A program made the position numbers and the translations under genes. DNA of 64,000 nt, taken from Gemmatimonadaceae bacterium. GTDB taxonomy: Bacteria; Gemmatimonadota; Gemmatimonadetes; Gemmatimonadales; Gemmatimonadaceae. The notes beneath the pieces are model-generated. The model did no database searches. It saw only the letters and a program-made list of their open reading frames with translations, and was not told where the DNA came from. The stretch spans positions 3,214-67,213 of the forward strand of contig DASRDS010000204.1 of the NCBI GenBank assembly GCA_035652495.1, in the 5' to 3' direction. Within the stretch, counting starts at the first letter, position 1; each line of letters opens with the position of its first letter. Of this stretch, positions 1 to 10,603 are shown piece by piece.

Positions 1-698
<698 letters not shown>

Positions 699-788
699 CG
701 ATCGACGAGGCATGTCGCCGCGACGAGCGCGGGATGATCGGCACATCTCGCGCGGCCGCGAAATGTGCCGATGCAGAAGGTCGCGCCG

Positions 789-3287
789 TTAGAAATTCAC
801 GCCGATGCTGACCTGGTACGCTCGCGGCGTCACGAAGTGCGTGCCGCTGAACGTCGACAGGAAGTTGTACAGCGCCTCCTTGTTCGTCAGGTTGATCACG
901 CTGAATCGCAGCTTCACCTTCGCCCGCCCGCCGCTGGCAAACAAGTTGTCGACGCCCAGTCCGAGGTCGAAGAGGTGGCGCGGCGCGACGCGCGGCGGGT
1001 TGGTCACGTCGTCTTCCGTCCCCTCCGCGGGGATGACGAGTCGTGTCGCGCCGTAGTTGCTCGTCGTGCACTGCGCGCTCGTCAACGGATTTCCGAGGGA
1101 CGCCATGGCGCTGCCACAGTAAAAGCCGATCGCGGTTTGTTGATCGGCGGTCAATCCGAGCGCGTCTTCAAGGCTGCCGACCGAGCCGGCGACGAGACCC
1201 GAGTCGTATCGCCAGGACAGCGCCGCCCAGGCGCCGGTCTTCTTCTCGAAGACGTACTGCAGGTTGGTCGTCGAGTTGAAGGCCTGGTCGTGGTCGATCC
1301 GGAAGTCGCCGCCCGGCTGCTCCAGCAACACGCCACCGACGCCCGGGGGCGAGAAGATCGCGTTGGTGTGCGCCATGACGACGAACGCGCTGAACCCGCC
1401 GTGCTCGACCAGGTCGATGCGGCCGGTGAAGCCGTTGATTCGGGAGTGATCCCACGCCACCGGAAACACGATCGGCGTGTTGAACAGCACGTTGAAGTCG
1501 TAGCCGTTCTGGGTGTGCTTGTTGAAGTAGCCGAAATCGGCGACGACCCACCTGCCGAAGCCCTGCTGAATCCCGATTTCTCCCTGGTCGCGGATGCCGG
1601 GCGGCGGCGGGTTGCCGCTGCCCACCAGTGCGGCGGCGCCGCCGAAGCCGCTCGACAGCAGCAGGTTCTCGTTGTAGGGCGTTTCCATGGTGCGGCCGTA
1701 CGAGGCGCGCAGCACCGTGTTGCTCCCGGGCACGGCGTACGAAATCCCCAGGCGCGGCTGCAGTTCCGTCTTCTCCGTCAGACCGTCGTAGTGATCCAGC
1801 CGCAGACCGATCTTGATCGTCGCATCGCCCGCCTTGATGTCGTCCTGCGCGTACGCGGCCTGCTGCTTGATCGTGGCCGCGCCGTTGAACACAAAAGGAT
1901 GCCCACCGTTGGTCAGGTCGTAGGGTGCAAAGGTCGGATCGAAGTTGCCGTACTCGTCCTGCCACGTCGGGTCGGTGGGGTCGGTAATGCCGAGCGTGAA
2001 GTTCTCGTTCAGCTTCGTCGCGCTGACGGTGCCGCCCACCTTCACGTTGTGGGCGCCTGACGAGTACGCGACATCGACCTTCGCGCCGTAATTGGTGAGC
2101 GTGCGATCCTGCGACACGGTTGCCGGCGTATCGGCGAACGGATCGGCGCTGGGCAAATATGTGATGTGATCGTGCCGGACGAAGCCGTTCGCCGTGAACA
2201 GCGTCTTCGATCCGATCACGCGCGAATAGCCTGGCGCGATGTTGTACGTGTCGATGTTCTGGTGCTGGGTTTGCGCGATCTGATCGTAGGTGTTCGGCAC
2301 GTCGAACGACGACCGGCCGTACTGCAGATTGAGGTGAATCGTGTCCGCGTCGCTCGGATGCAGATCGACGCGGTCGAAGACCGACTGATGGTCGCCGCGG
2401 TCATGTAACGCCTCGAATTCAGGTGGATCGAGATAGCGATCCGTCCGCAGGCCGCTGACGGACAGGAAATTGCCGGCCGTATGGCTGCCGACGCCGAAGT
2501 TGAAGTCGCCGCTCGGCGAGTTGAACGATCCATAGTCGAACGACGCCGATCCCGACGGCTTCGAATCGAGTCCCGACTTGGTCACGATGTGGACGACGAG
2601 ACTGCTCTTGTCGCCGTACTCGGCCGGCGCGACGCCGGTGATCACTTCCATCGACTGCACGGCATCGGGCGAAATCTGGTTCGAATAGATGCGGCTTTGC
2701 TGGTCCGTCACCGGCTGGTTGTCGATCGAGAACTGCGTCTGCGCGTGGTCGCCGATCGGATGGAAGAACCCGTTCGAGTCGGCGACGACGCCGGGTGACG
2801 CGAGGGTAATGACCTGGTTCAAGCCCGCTGCCGTTTCGATGGGCATCTTGTCGATCCGCGAGGTGTCGATGTCGGTGTGGGCCGTCGGATCCCGCTCGAG
2901 GAGATCCTCGGCGTGGCCGACGACTGACACCGCCTCGGTCACGCCCAACTCCAGTTTGACGTCAACCTGGATCGGCACACCCGACCGCACGTCGATGTCG
3001 CGGTCGATGGACTTGAAGCCCTGCGCCTCGATCGTCAGGTGGTACGGGTTCGGCGGCAGATTGTGGAATACGAACTTGCCGGAGGCGTCCGTCACAGCGG
3101 TGCGCGCCAGACCCGACACGGGATTGCTGATCTTGACTTCGACCGACTGCATCACGCCGCCGCTCGGGTCGGTGATGGTCCCCTGGACGGTTCCCGCGCC
3201 GCCCAATTCCTGCGCCCGCAACAGCGGTGCAATCGAGAGAATCGCCGTGAGAAGCAGGAGACAGACTTGACGAACAGACGCACTCAT
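789..3287 (-). CDS. TonB-dependent receptor-like outer-membrane protein with carboxypeptidase-regulatory-like N-domain
   Basis: 832-aa ORF. Signal peptide (LLLLTAILSIAPLLRAQ), then GTVQGTITDPSGGVMQSVEVKISN...DASGKFVFHNLPPNPYHLTIEAQGF (CarboxypepD_reg pattern). Long beta-rich body ending in ...YQVSIGVNF. Confidence 0.85.
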   Translation of the reverse strand: MSASVRQVCLLLLTAILSIAPLLRAQELGGAGTVQGTITDPSGGVMQSVEVKISNPVSGLARTAVTDASGKFVFHNLPPNPYHLTIEAQGFKSIDRDIDVRSGVPIQVDVKLELGVTEAVSVVGHAEDLLERDPTAHTDIDTSRIDKMPIETAAGLNQVITLASPGVVADSNGFFHPIGDHAQTQFSIDNQPVTDQQSRIYSNQISPDAVQSMEVITGVAPAEYGDKSSLVVHIVTKSGLDSKPSGSASFDYGSFNSPSGDFNFGVGSHTAGNFLSVSGLRTDRYLDPPEFEALHDRGDHQSVFDRVDLHPSDADTIHLNLQYGRSSFDVPNTYDQIAQTQHQNIDTYNIAPGYSRVIGSKTLFTANGFVRHDHITYLPSADPFADTPATVSQDRTLTNYGAKVDVAYSSGAHNVKVGGTVSATKLNENFTLGITDPTDPTWQDEYGNFDPTFAPYDLTNGGHPFVFNGAATIKQQAAYAQDDIKAGDATIKIGLRLDHYDGLTEKTELQPRLGISYAVPGSNTVLRASYGRTMETPYNENLLLSSGFGGAAALVGSGNPPPPGIRDQGEIGIQQGFGRWVVADFGYFNKHTQNGYDFNVLFNTPIVFPVAWDHSRINGFTGRIDLVEHGGFSAFVVMAHTNAIFSPPGVGGVLLEQPGGDFRIDHDQAFNSTTNLQYVFEKKTGAWAALSWRYDSGLVAGSVGSLEDALGLTADQQTAIGFYCGSAMASLGNPLTSAQCTTSNYGATRLVIPAEGTEDDVTNPPRVAPRHLFDLGLGVDNLFASGGRAKVKLRFSVINLTNKEALYNFLSTFSGTHFVTPRAYQVSIGVNF

Positions 3288-3546
3288 AACACCTCTTTTC
3301 TCCAGAAACGGCTGAAGAAACCAGGTGCGACGCTAGCAAGGGTTCAACGTGCGCGCGAGCGAAACACCACGAACGGTCGAAATGAAAGCACGACCGCTGG
3401 ACACCGTGTCATGGACGGCAACTGAGCCCCTTTTCGAGCGTCATACCATTGGTGCGCTCGGATCGGCCATTCAGCGCGTGGAGTCAACTGGTTTATCGTT
3501 TTCTATTTCCACGCGGACCGCGACAGCGTACGGTGACACGCGAACG

Positions 3547-5451
3547 ATGAGCGAATTGCTCAACCTCGTTGGTCTGGGCGCAGGCGCCGTGCTCTACGCC
3601 ATGCTGCTGGCGATGGTCCTTCGGCGCGACCGCCGGCCGGGTCTCGGCCGCCGGGTGGATCCGCTGCTGCTGACGACCGCCGTCCTCGGTCTGGTGTGGA
3701 ACCTGTGCGCGCTGCCCGCCTACGAGTTGTCGCGGCTCGGCGTTCGCGCGTTTCTCGACCCGTTGGCGGTCATCGGCTTCGCCGCGCTTGGCTTCCTTCC
3801 CGCTGTCGTCGTGCTGTCGGTGCTGCGCGACGGACACGATCGGATCGAATCGAGCCCACGGTGGTTCGTCGCCGCGGCGGCGACGACCATCAGCGCGCTT
3901 GCCGCGCTCTTGCATGTCCGTGCGGCGGCCCTGGGTCTCGCCGTGCCCTCGGCGCTCGGGATGCAGTTGCTCACGTACGGGTACGTGTTTCTCGCGGTCC
4001 CGGTCGCGATCGTCACGCGACATCAACCGGGTGCGCGTCGCGCACTGTGGATCGCGGCGCTCTCGATCTTCGCGGTCTCGGCGCTGCATCTCAGTCAGGC
4101 GCATCGAGCCGATGGGGCATGGCCAATCGAGTTGCTCGGCCACCACGCGTCCGTGCCGCTCGCACTCGCCATCCTGTACCAGGACTATCCGTTCGCCCTC
4201 GCCGACCTGTTCCTGAAACGCGCGCTGACGCTCCTGGTGCTAATCACCGTGGCCTTCCTCAGCGTCACCGGCTTCCACAGCGCGGCGATGACCGGATCGG
4301 TCGGCGGCCCTCGGGAAGTCGGCAGCCTCGTGATTCTCTGGGTCGCAACGGCCGTCTCGTTCCCGCGGCTTCAAGCGGCGATCGGATGGTTCGTTGACGC
4401 CGTCGTGCTCCACCGTCCCGACTACGACACGGTCATCACGCGGATCGCTCGCCGTTCCCGGGAGGAAGTCGAGGTGACATCACTGCTCGATCGCGCCTGC
4501 GAGCAGCTCGCGCCTGCGCTGAGCGCCCAAACGGTTGGCTGGGACGAGATTCCCGGCGACGCGAGCCCGCCTCGTGTTGAGCCGACGAGGCTCTCCGCGT
4601 CGATTGTCATTCCGGCGACGGAAACGCCGCAATATGTGCTCCGCGTCGGCGACTTGACGGGCGGACGTCGGCTGCTGTCCGGCGACCATGCAGCGTTGCA
4701 GTCGATCGCGGCGATCCTGGGCCGGCGGATCGACGCGATCCGCCTCACGCACGAGCGGCATGCGCGTCAGATGCGGGAACAGGAGATGTCCAAGCTCGCG
4801 ACCGAGGCCGAGTTGCGGGCGTTGCGCTCGCAGATCAACCCGCACTTCCTGTTCAATGCACTGACCACGATCGGGTATCTGATTCAGACGGCCCCCGATC
4901 GCGCGCTCGAGACGCTGATGCGGCTCACGTCGCTGCTCCGCGGTGTCTTGCGATCGGACGGCGAGTTCACCACGCTCGGCGCCGAGCTCGCGCTGATCGA
5001 GTCGTACCTCGACATCGAGCGAGTGCGCTTCGAGCAACGGCTCGTCGTTCACATCGACGTGCCGCCCGCCGTGAGACATCTGCAGGTGCCGCCGCTGCTC
5101 CTGCAGCCAATCGTCGAAAACGCCGTGAAACACGGCCTCGCGCCGAAGGTCGACGGCGGCAGCGTCGAGATCGTCGCGCGCGTGGACACCATCGGGCGCC
5201 GTTCCGTGCTGACCGTAACGGTCCGCGACACCGGCATGGGCGCCACCCAGGCCGAGCTGAAGCGGGGACGCGCTCAGGGCGTGGGTCTCGACAACATCGA
5301 GAGGCGACTGGCCGCCTGCTACGGCGCCTCCGCCGCGTTGTCCATCGTCACGGCGCGCGGCCACGGCACCACGGTCGAAATCCGGATCCCGGCGAATGGG
5401 GAAACAAACGGGCGTGTCCTCCCGATCGCAAAGGGTCGCCATATCTCATGA
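3547..5451 (+). CDS. LytS/YehU-type sensor histidine kinase
   Basis: H-box NPHFLFNALTTIGYLI; HATPase boxes VENAVKHGL, DTGMG, GVGLDNIERRL; multi-TM N-terminal half. The ORF is open from 3349, but the hydrophobic N-terminus starts at ATG 3547 (start uncertain). Confidence 0.85.
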   Translation: MSELLNLVGLGAGAVLYAMLLAMVLRRDRRPGLGRRVDPLLLTTAVLGLVWNLCALPAYELSRLGVRAFLDPLAVIGFAALGFLPAVVVLSVLRDGHDRIESSPRWFVAAAATTISALAALLHVRAAALGLAVPSALGMQLLTYGYVFLAVPVAIVTRHQPGARRALWIAALSIFAVSALHLSQAHRADGAWPIELLGHHASVPLALAILYQDYPFALADLFLKRALTLLVLITVAFLSVTGFHSAAMTGSVGGPREVGSLVILWVATAVSFPRLQAAIGWFVDAVVLHRPDYDTVITRIARRSREEVEVTSLLDRACEQLAPALSAQTVGWDEIPGDASPPRVEPTRLSASIVIPATETPQYVLRVGDLTGGRRLLSGDHAALQSIAAILGRRIDAIRLTHERHARQMREQEMSKLATEAELRALRSQINPHFLFNALTTIGYLIQTAPDRALETLMRLTSLLRGVLRSDGEFTTLGAELALIESYLDIERVRFEQRLVVHIDVPPAVRHLQVPPLLLQPIVENAVKHGLAPKVDGGSVEIVARVDTIGRRSVLTVTVRDTGMGATQAELKRGRAQGVGLDNIERRLAACYGASAALSIVTARGHGTTVEIRIPANGETNGRVLPIAKGRHIS

Positions 5452-6230
5452 CGGCGCGCCTGCGCGTGGTCATCGCGGACGACGAGCGGCCGGCTCGCTC
5501 ATTCCTCGCCGCCCTGCTCCGCTCGTTCGACGACGTGGTGATCGTCGCCGAGGCAACGACCGGCAAAGAGGCTGTCCAAGCCATCGAACGGGAGCATCCG
5601 GATCTCGCGCTGTTGGATCTGCACATGCCGGAGCTCGACGGAATCGGCGTCGTGCGAATGCTCAAGAAATCCGCGATGCCGCTGATCGCGTTCGTCACCG
5701 CGTACGACGAGTACGCCGTGCGCGCGTTCGAGGTCAACGCCATCGACTACCTGCTGAAGCCCGTCGAGAAGGCGCGGCTGCGCGAAGCGATCAATCGCGC
5801 GCAGGAGCGAATCGAGCACTCCGAGATCGCGGCAGAACAGAGCGAGCGCCTGCGCACCGCGGTCGTGGCGTACGAGTCGACCAATTCGGCGCCCGCGCTC
5901 GAGCGTATTCCGGTCCGAAAGCGCGACGAAGTACTGCTCGTGCCGGTCTCACAGATCGCGTCCATCGTGGCCGATGGCCAATTGCTGTACCTCACGACCG
6001 TCAAGGGCGAAAGGCATTCGATTACGTATCGGCTGAAAGATCTCGAGTTGCGCCTCGCGCCGGGCCAATTCGTCCGCCTCGGGCGCGGTACGCTCGCCAA
6101 CGTCGACTGCATCGTGAAGATCAACTCGATGCCCGGCGGCACGCATGTCGCCGTCCTGACGAACGGACAAAAGCTGCAAGTCAGCCGGCTTCAGTCACGA
6201 GTGATCCGCGATCGGCTGCTGAAGCTGTAG
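5448..6230 (+). CDS. LytTR-family response regulator
   Basis: Receiver domain (VVIADDERPARSFL, DLALLDLHMPELDG) plus C-terminal LytTR-like region (IPVRKRDEVLLVPVSQIASIVADGQLLYLTT). The ATGA start overlaps the kinase stop. Confidence 0.9.
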   Translation: MTARLRVVIADDERPARSFLAALLRSFDDVVIVAEATTGKEAVQAIEREHPDLALLDLHMPELDGIGVVRMLKKSAMPLIAFVTAYDEYAVRAFEVNAIDYLLKPVEKARLREAINRAQERIEHSEIAAEQSERLRTAVVAYESTNSAPALERIPVRKRDEVLLVPVSQIASIVADGQLLYLTTVKGERHSITYRLKDLELRLAPGQFVRLGRGTLANVDCIVKINSMPGGTHVAVLTNGQKLQVSRLQSRVIRDRLLKL

Positions 6231-6234
6231 CTGG

Positions 6235-6738
6235 TTACTTCGCGAGCAGAATGCCGATCGCGATGCCGACGCCGCGGTGCTGCCCCCCATCCTTCCACGT
6301 GATGTCGTATCCCGGCTCGACGTACCACCCGATGGTGCGCCTCGGCCAGAACATGAGATCGAGCACCGCCTCGACACCCCAGAAGGTGCCGGCGTCCGGA
6401 CCGGACGCATGAACGATCTCGGGCCCGGCCCCGATCATCACCTCGAATGTCCGCGACGGCTGCCACGGCTTCTTGAACAGCACATCGATAGGCGTCTCCA
6501 CGGCGCTCCCGGTGGCCAATGCGGTCGCACCGACCTCCAGTTCGAGCCAGTGCTCGATAGGCGTGACCTCGAACGCGACGGTGGCACCCTGGTGCAGCGC
6601 CTCGCCTTTCTCCCAGTCACCGGCCGCCCCAATCTCGAACACGATCGAATGATCCTCGGCCTCCTGCGCCGACGCGACGGCCGCGTCGCACACGATGGCG
6701 AGCGATACGATCAGGCACACGCGTAGGCTGCTCTGCAC
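6235..6738 (-). CDS. hypothetical exported protein
   Basis: GTG at 6738 is preceded by AAGGAGG. Signal-like SLRVCLIVSLAIVCDAAVASAQ followed by a beta-rich sequence. No family recognised. Confidence 0.55.
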   Translation of the reverse strand: MQSSLRVCLIVSLAIVCDAAVASAQEAEDHSIVFEIGAAGDWEKGEALHQGATVAFEVTPIEHWLELEVGATALATGSAVETPIDVLFKKPWQPSRTFEVMIGAGPEIVHASGPDAGTFWGVEAVLDLMFWPRRTIGWYVEPGYDITWKDGGQHRGVGIAIGILLAK

Positions 6739-6784
6739 ACTGCCTCCTTGAACGATGAACCGAGAATGGCGCAGTGAGTGGCGA

Positions 6785-7081
6785 CTACAACGAACGCGGC
6801 GGGCGATCGAAGGACGGAGGATCTCCGGCGAGGCAGACAAGCCGTGGGACCACGGGCGCGAGCACGACCCGAGCGCGATGCCGCACGGACGTGACGTCGC
6901 GGGCGAGGAAGAACGCGTTCAAACACAGGCCGCACGCGGCCGTCGATCCGCCTGTGTCAGCGCCCGTCCACGACGCGTCGGAGTGGACCGGATTGCTGCA
7001 GCCATCCGGACATGCGACGACGTCCATCGCCGGAAGCACGGCGACGAGCGCGACGAGGAGGACCGCCAAGGCGGTTCGCAT
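6785..7081 (-). CDS. small exported Cys-containing hypothetical protein
   Basis: Start abuts the stop of the upstream creatininase-family gene (7082). Signal-like N-terminus, Cys motifs ACPDGCS and ACGLC, Pro-rich C-terminus (PPSFDRPPRSL). Confidence 0.4.
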   Translation of the reverse strand: MRTALAVLLVALVAVLPAMDVVACPDGCSNPVHSDASWTGADTGGSTAACGLCLNAFFLARDVTSVRHRARVVLAPVVPRLVCLAGDPPSFDRPPRSL

Positions 7082-7963
7082 CTACTGTGGCGGCGTGGCT
7101 AGCGTCTTCGGCTGGAGCAACTGCTTGATCTGACGAACGGCATAGTCGACTTTCATCTCGAACAGCCGCTTGCCCAGCTCCGCGGATGACTTTCGGGCAT
7201 CGCCGGTAATCCCATTATTGATCGTGCGCACGGGACGTTGTCCCTCCGCGGGAACCGGATCGCCGACCGCGGTTGGAACCAACTCCTTACGAACCCACCG
7301 CTGCGATCCTTCGAGATAGAGCATCTCCGACGTATCCGGGATGCCGGCGTGCGCGCTATTCGGATACCCGTGTTCCGCCAGCCACTTGTCGAAGTCGCCG
7401 TTGGCCTTGCCGTAGACCTCGTCGCAGAACACGACGCGAATGCCCTGCGAGGCGTATTTCGCGTCGAGCTTTTTTGCGACCTCGCCCAGTTCCCGTTGAC
7501 CACCGCCGTGGTCGCCCATCAACACGACGTTTCTGAATCCGCTCGTAATCAACTGCTCGGCAATCCGTTCGTTGACCGCGGCGAAGAGCTCCGGCGTCAG
7601 GCCGATCGTCCCCGGCAGGTCGGCACTCGCGTTGTTGGGCGAAAACGGCAACACCGGCGCGGCGATGGCGTTTCCGAGCTTCAGGGCGATCGCGCGCACG
7701 GTCGCGCGGGCCATCAGCGTGTGGCCGCCGTTGACGTTCTGCGGTCCGCGCTGCTCGGTTCCGCCGTTGTACACCAGCGCCGTCGTGCGCCCGGACGCCA
7801 GCGCCGCTTTCACCTCCGGCCACGTCATCATCTCGAAATCGATCAGCGGCGGCGTCGCCGCGCGCATCTGAACGGTGGGCGAGACGTTCGGCGAGCGTTG
7901 AGCCGAGGCGCCGGCTGCACAGAAGAAGACGACCGGCGCGACTGCGAGCAGGCTTCGAACCAT
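7082..7963 (-). CDS. creatininase (creatinine amidohydrolase) family protein, exported
   Basis: 293 aa. Signal peptide, then MMTWPEVKAALASGRTTALVYNGGTEQRGPQNVNGGHTLMA and VVLMGDHGGGQ, which resemble creatininase-family signatures. Confidence 0.7.
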   Translation of the reverse strand: MVRSLLAVAPVVFFCAAGASAQRSPNVSPTVQMRAATPPLIDFEMMTWPEVKAALASGRTTALVYNGGTEQRGPQNVNGGHTLMARATVRAIALKLGNAIAAPVLPFSPNNASADLPGTIGLTPELFAAVNERIAEQLITSGFRNVVLMGDHGGGQRELGEVAKKLDAKYASQGIRVVFCDEVYGKANGDFDKWLAEHGYPNSAHAGIPDTSEMLYLEGSQRWVRKELVPTAVGDPVPAEGQRPVRTINNGITGDARKSSAELGKRLFEMKVDYAVRQIKQLLQPKTLATPPQ

Positions 7964-7966
7964 GAT

Positions 7967-8170
7967 TCACCTCGAGAAACGGCGCTCGCAGGCACGGAGC
8001 ACGACGCGCGCCGCGCGGCTCAGGAGCTGCTGCTCCGCCTCGAACCAGAACTGCGTGCGCGGACCTGGCGGGCAGCCGCGGCGGTAGTACAACTCCTGCG
8101 CCCGGCGCGCGATCTGTTCATATGTTGGGAACGGATTGGTCCGGCCCCACAACTGTGTCGGTGCAGACAC
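7967..8170 (-). CDS. DUF2934-like small protein
   Basis: YEQIARRAQELYYRRGCPPGPRTQFWFEAEQQL matches the DUF2934 pattern (IA.RAYELY..RG...G.d..dW..AE). GTG at 8170 is preceded by GAGGAGGA; the ORF is open to 8278. Confidence 0.55.
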   Translation of the reverse strand: MSAPTQLWGRTNPFPTYEQIARRAQELYYRRGCPPGPRTQFWFEAEQQLLSRAARVVLRACERRFSR

Positions 8171-8363
8171 GCGTCCTCCTCGTCCTGCGCGGTCGACGTT
8201 AACCAACGATGGTGTGCGCGTGCGAGCGCAACATGACGAGCTGCCGGAATCGAGCATCGACCGAGCGGCTGGCCACAACGAATAGCCGCAGCTCTTTCGT
8301 TGCGGCCGACCTCTCGTTCGAAACGACTTGCGACGACGTGTTCCCCTCTAGCCTCGGACACAA

Positions 8364-8789
8364 ATGCAGGGAATGCTCGCCGCCGTTTTCGCAATCGCCC
8401 TCGCCGTGTCACAACCGACCGGCCCTGGCGCCGCGGTCCGCACGATTGCACGCGGTGGCGACAGCCGCATGACCACTCACCGCGAGCTGGTGATCCGAAC
8501 GGCGGGCTGGTGGCAGTTCATCTGGCACGAGCACAGTGGCTCGTACGAGCCACCCGACATCGACTTCTCCCGCCAGATGGTGCTTGCGGTCTTCGGCGGC
8601 CTGTCGCCTGCCGGCACGACGATCGAGATCACCAACGTTGTCCAGGGCCGCCGGGAGACGACCGTGCGCTATCGCGAGGTGGTTCCGACGACGCGGATCG
8701 CTGACGGTCCACGCTCGGCGCCGTTTCACATCGTGGTCGTGCCGGCCAGCCTCGGCACGGTCACCTTCGTGAAGGTCACGGCTTCTTGA
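8364..8789 (+). CDS. exported hypothetical protein (PrcB C-terminal-like)
   Basis: 141 aa, signal-like N-terminus, beta-rich (QMVLAVFGGLSPAGTTIEITNVV..TVRYREV..FHIVVVP). Family assignment is from memory only. Confidence 0.5.
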   Translation: MQGMLAAVFAIALAVSQPTGPGAAVRTIARGGDSRMTTHRELVIRTAGWWQFIWHEHSGSYEPPDIDFSRQMVLAVFGGLSPAGTTIEITNVVQGRRETTVRYREVVPTTRIADGPRSAPFHIVVVPASLGTVTFVKVTAS

Positions 8790-9720
8790 CGAGCTGGAGA
8801 TCGACGGCCTTCGGATCGGCGCCCATCAACAGCTTGTCGATCTTCGGCAGCACCTCCTCCATCGTCTCGAGATAGAGGCGCGCCGCGGTGTCGCGCGGCG
8901 CCTTGCGGTATTCCTCGGCGACGTCAGCGAAGCGCGCGCCGTCGCCCCGGGCCATGTCCACGATCTGCGTGTTGTACGCGAGCGCCTCCTGCCCCTTCTG
9001 CGCGGCTTCGCCGCGCGCCACGGGCACAACGCCGTTCGCGTACGTTTCCGCTTCCCGCACAATCCGATCGCCGTCTTCGCGTGCCGCCGCGACGAGCCGA
9101 AAGGCCTCGACCACTTCGGCGGGCGGAACGATCGCATCGAGAATCACGCTGAGGATGGTGACGCCGCAGTCGAAGCGGCCCACCGAGGCCTCGGCGACTT
9201 GCTGCACCCGCTCCTGCACGGCAACCTTCTCCGTCGTCAGGAGATCGTCCACTCCGCGGCTGGCGACCACCTGCGCGAGCGCGCCGCGCGTGGCGTTCGC
9301 CACGACGTCGTTCACGTCGGCCGTGCGAAACAGGAACGCCGCCGGGTCGCTGATCGCGAACTGGACGACGACGCGGATGTTGAGGACATTGCGATCGCCG
9401 GTGAGGAATTGCGACCCGCTGACCGGTTGAGCAGGATCGAATCCGACGGTCAACCGTTTCGTCTCGCGGACGCGGAGCTTGTAGACGGTCGCGATCGGCG
9501 CCGGCCACGTCCAGTGCACGCCTGACGGCACCCGGCTCGCGACGACGCGTCCCAGCCGGACCACGACGGCCTGCTGATCGGCCGACACGGCGTACGCGCC
9601 AGACGCGAGATAGGTCGCCAGCGCGCCGATCGCGGCGAGACGCCAATCGAGACGACGGAGCACATGCGCGCGTGGCGTCGTTTCCGGCGTGGTCGCCGGC
9701 TCGCGCACGTCAACGAGCAT
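8776..9720 (-). CDS. SPFH/band-7 protein, HflK-like
   Basis: N-terminal TM, then QQAVVVRLGRVV...GVHWTWPAPIATVYKLRVRE, ILDAIVPPAEVVEAFRLVAAARED, and a coiled-coil tail. Overlaps the upstream HflC-like gene by 11 nt. Confidence 0.8.
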   Translation of the reverse strand: MLVDVREPATTPETTPRAHVLRRLDWRLAAIGALATYLASGAYAVSADQQAVVVRLGRVVASRVPSGVHWTWPAPIATVYKLRVRETKRLTVGFDPAQPVSGSQFLTGDRNVLNIRVVVQFAISDPAAFLFRTADVNDVVANATRGALAQVVASRGVDDLLTTEKVAVQERVQQVAEASVGRFDCGVTILSVILDAIVPPAEVVEAFRLVAAAREDGDRIVREAETYANGVVPVARGEAAQKGQEALAYNTQIVDMARGDGARFADVAEEYRKAPRDTAARLYLETMEEVLPKIDKLLMGADPKAVDLQLVKKP

Positions 9721-10603
9721 CGGGCGCCTTTCCCTGCGTCAACAATTTCAGCAGTTCCGAATCGCCGGACAGAATGATCGATGTCTTCTCGTTAAGGATC
9801 TTCTTGTACGACTCGAGGGTGCGCAGGAATTTGTAGAACTGCGGGTTCTTGCCGTACGCCTGGCCATAGATCCGCGCGGCATCGGCATCGCCCTGGCCCT
9901 TCAGCGTTTCGGCCTCGCGATACGCCTCCGCGAGCAGCTGTGTGCGCTGACGGTCGGCTTCGGCGCGAATGCGAAGCGCCTGCTCCTCGCCCTGCGCGCG
10001 ATATTCCTTGGCGATGCGATCCCGTTCCGCGCGCATGCGCGCATAGACCGCGTACTTGTTCTGCTCGGGAAAATTGATCCGTTTCAATTGGAGGTCGACG
10101 ACGGCCACGCCGAACCGCCGTTCGGTTTCGACCGTCGCGCCGGCGCGGACCTGGTCGGCCAGCGCCTGCACGTGCGCCCGGCCGGGTTCGATTGACAACA
10201 GATCCGAGAGATCGATGCGGCCGATCGCCGCCGCCAGCGTCGCCCAGACGAGATCGTGGAGGCGCATCTCGGCGCCGGTCGCGTCGCCGACCGTCTGCAA
10301 AAACTTGTTCGAATCGACGATGCGCCAGCACACGGCGGAACCGATGACGAGGTTTTTCTTGTCGCGCGTCAGGAACTCGGACGAACCGGGGTCGTAGACC
10401 ATCAGGCGCTTGTCGAATCGCAGCACCGACTCGACAGGAAACTTGAAGTGGAGACCGGCCTCGGTGACGGTGCGTGTCGGCCGGCCGAAGAGCGTCACGA
10501 TCGCGGTGTCCGTTTCCGCGACCGTGAAGGTCGACAGCCACACCACGAGCGTGGCGGCGACCAGCACGACGGTTTTCGCATAGCGGCGGCCGAGGGTGAT
10601 CAT
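9710..10603 (-). CDS. SPFH/band-7 protein, HflC-like
   Basis: TM anchor, TAIVTLFGRPTRTV..GLHFKFPVESVLRFDKRL, LKRINFPEQNKYAVYARMRAERDRIAKEYRAQGEE. The start directly abuts the stop of the ATPase-SPFH fusion gene (10604). Confidence 0.85.
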   Translation of the reverse strand: MITLGRRYAKTVVLVAATLVVWLSTFTVAETDTAIVTLFGRPTRTVTEAGLHFKFPVESVLRFDKRLMVYDPGSSEFLTRDKKNLVIGSAVCWRIVDSNKFLQTVGDATGAEMRLHDLVWATLAAAIGRIDLSDLLSIEPGRAHVQALADQVRAGATVETERRFGVAVVDLQLKRINFPEQNKYAVYARMRAERDRIAKEYRAQGEEQALRIRAEADRQRTQLLAEAYREAETLKGQGDADAARIYGQAYGKNPQFYKFLRTLESYKKILNEKTSIILSGDSELLKLLTQGKAPDAR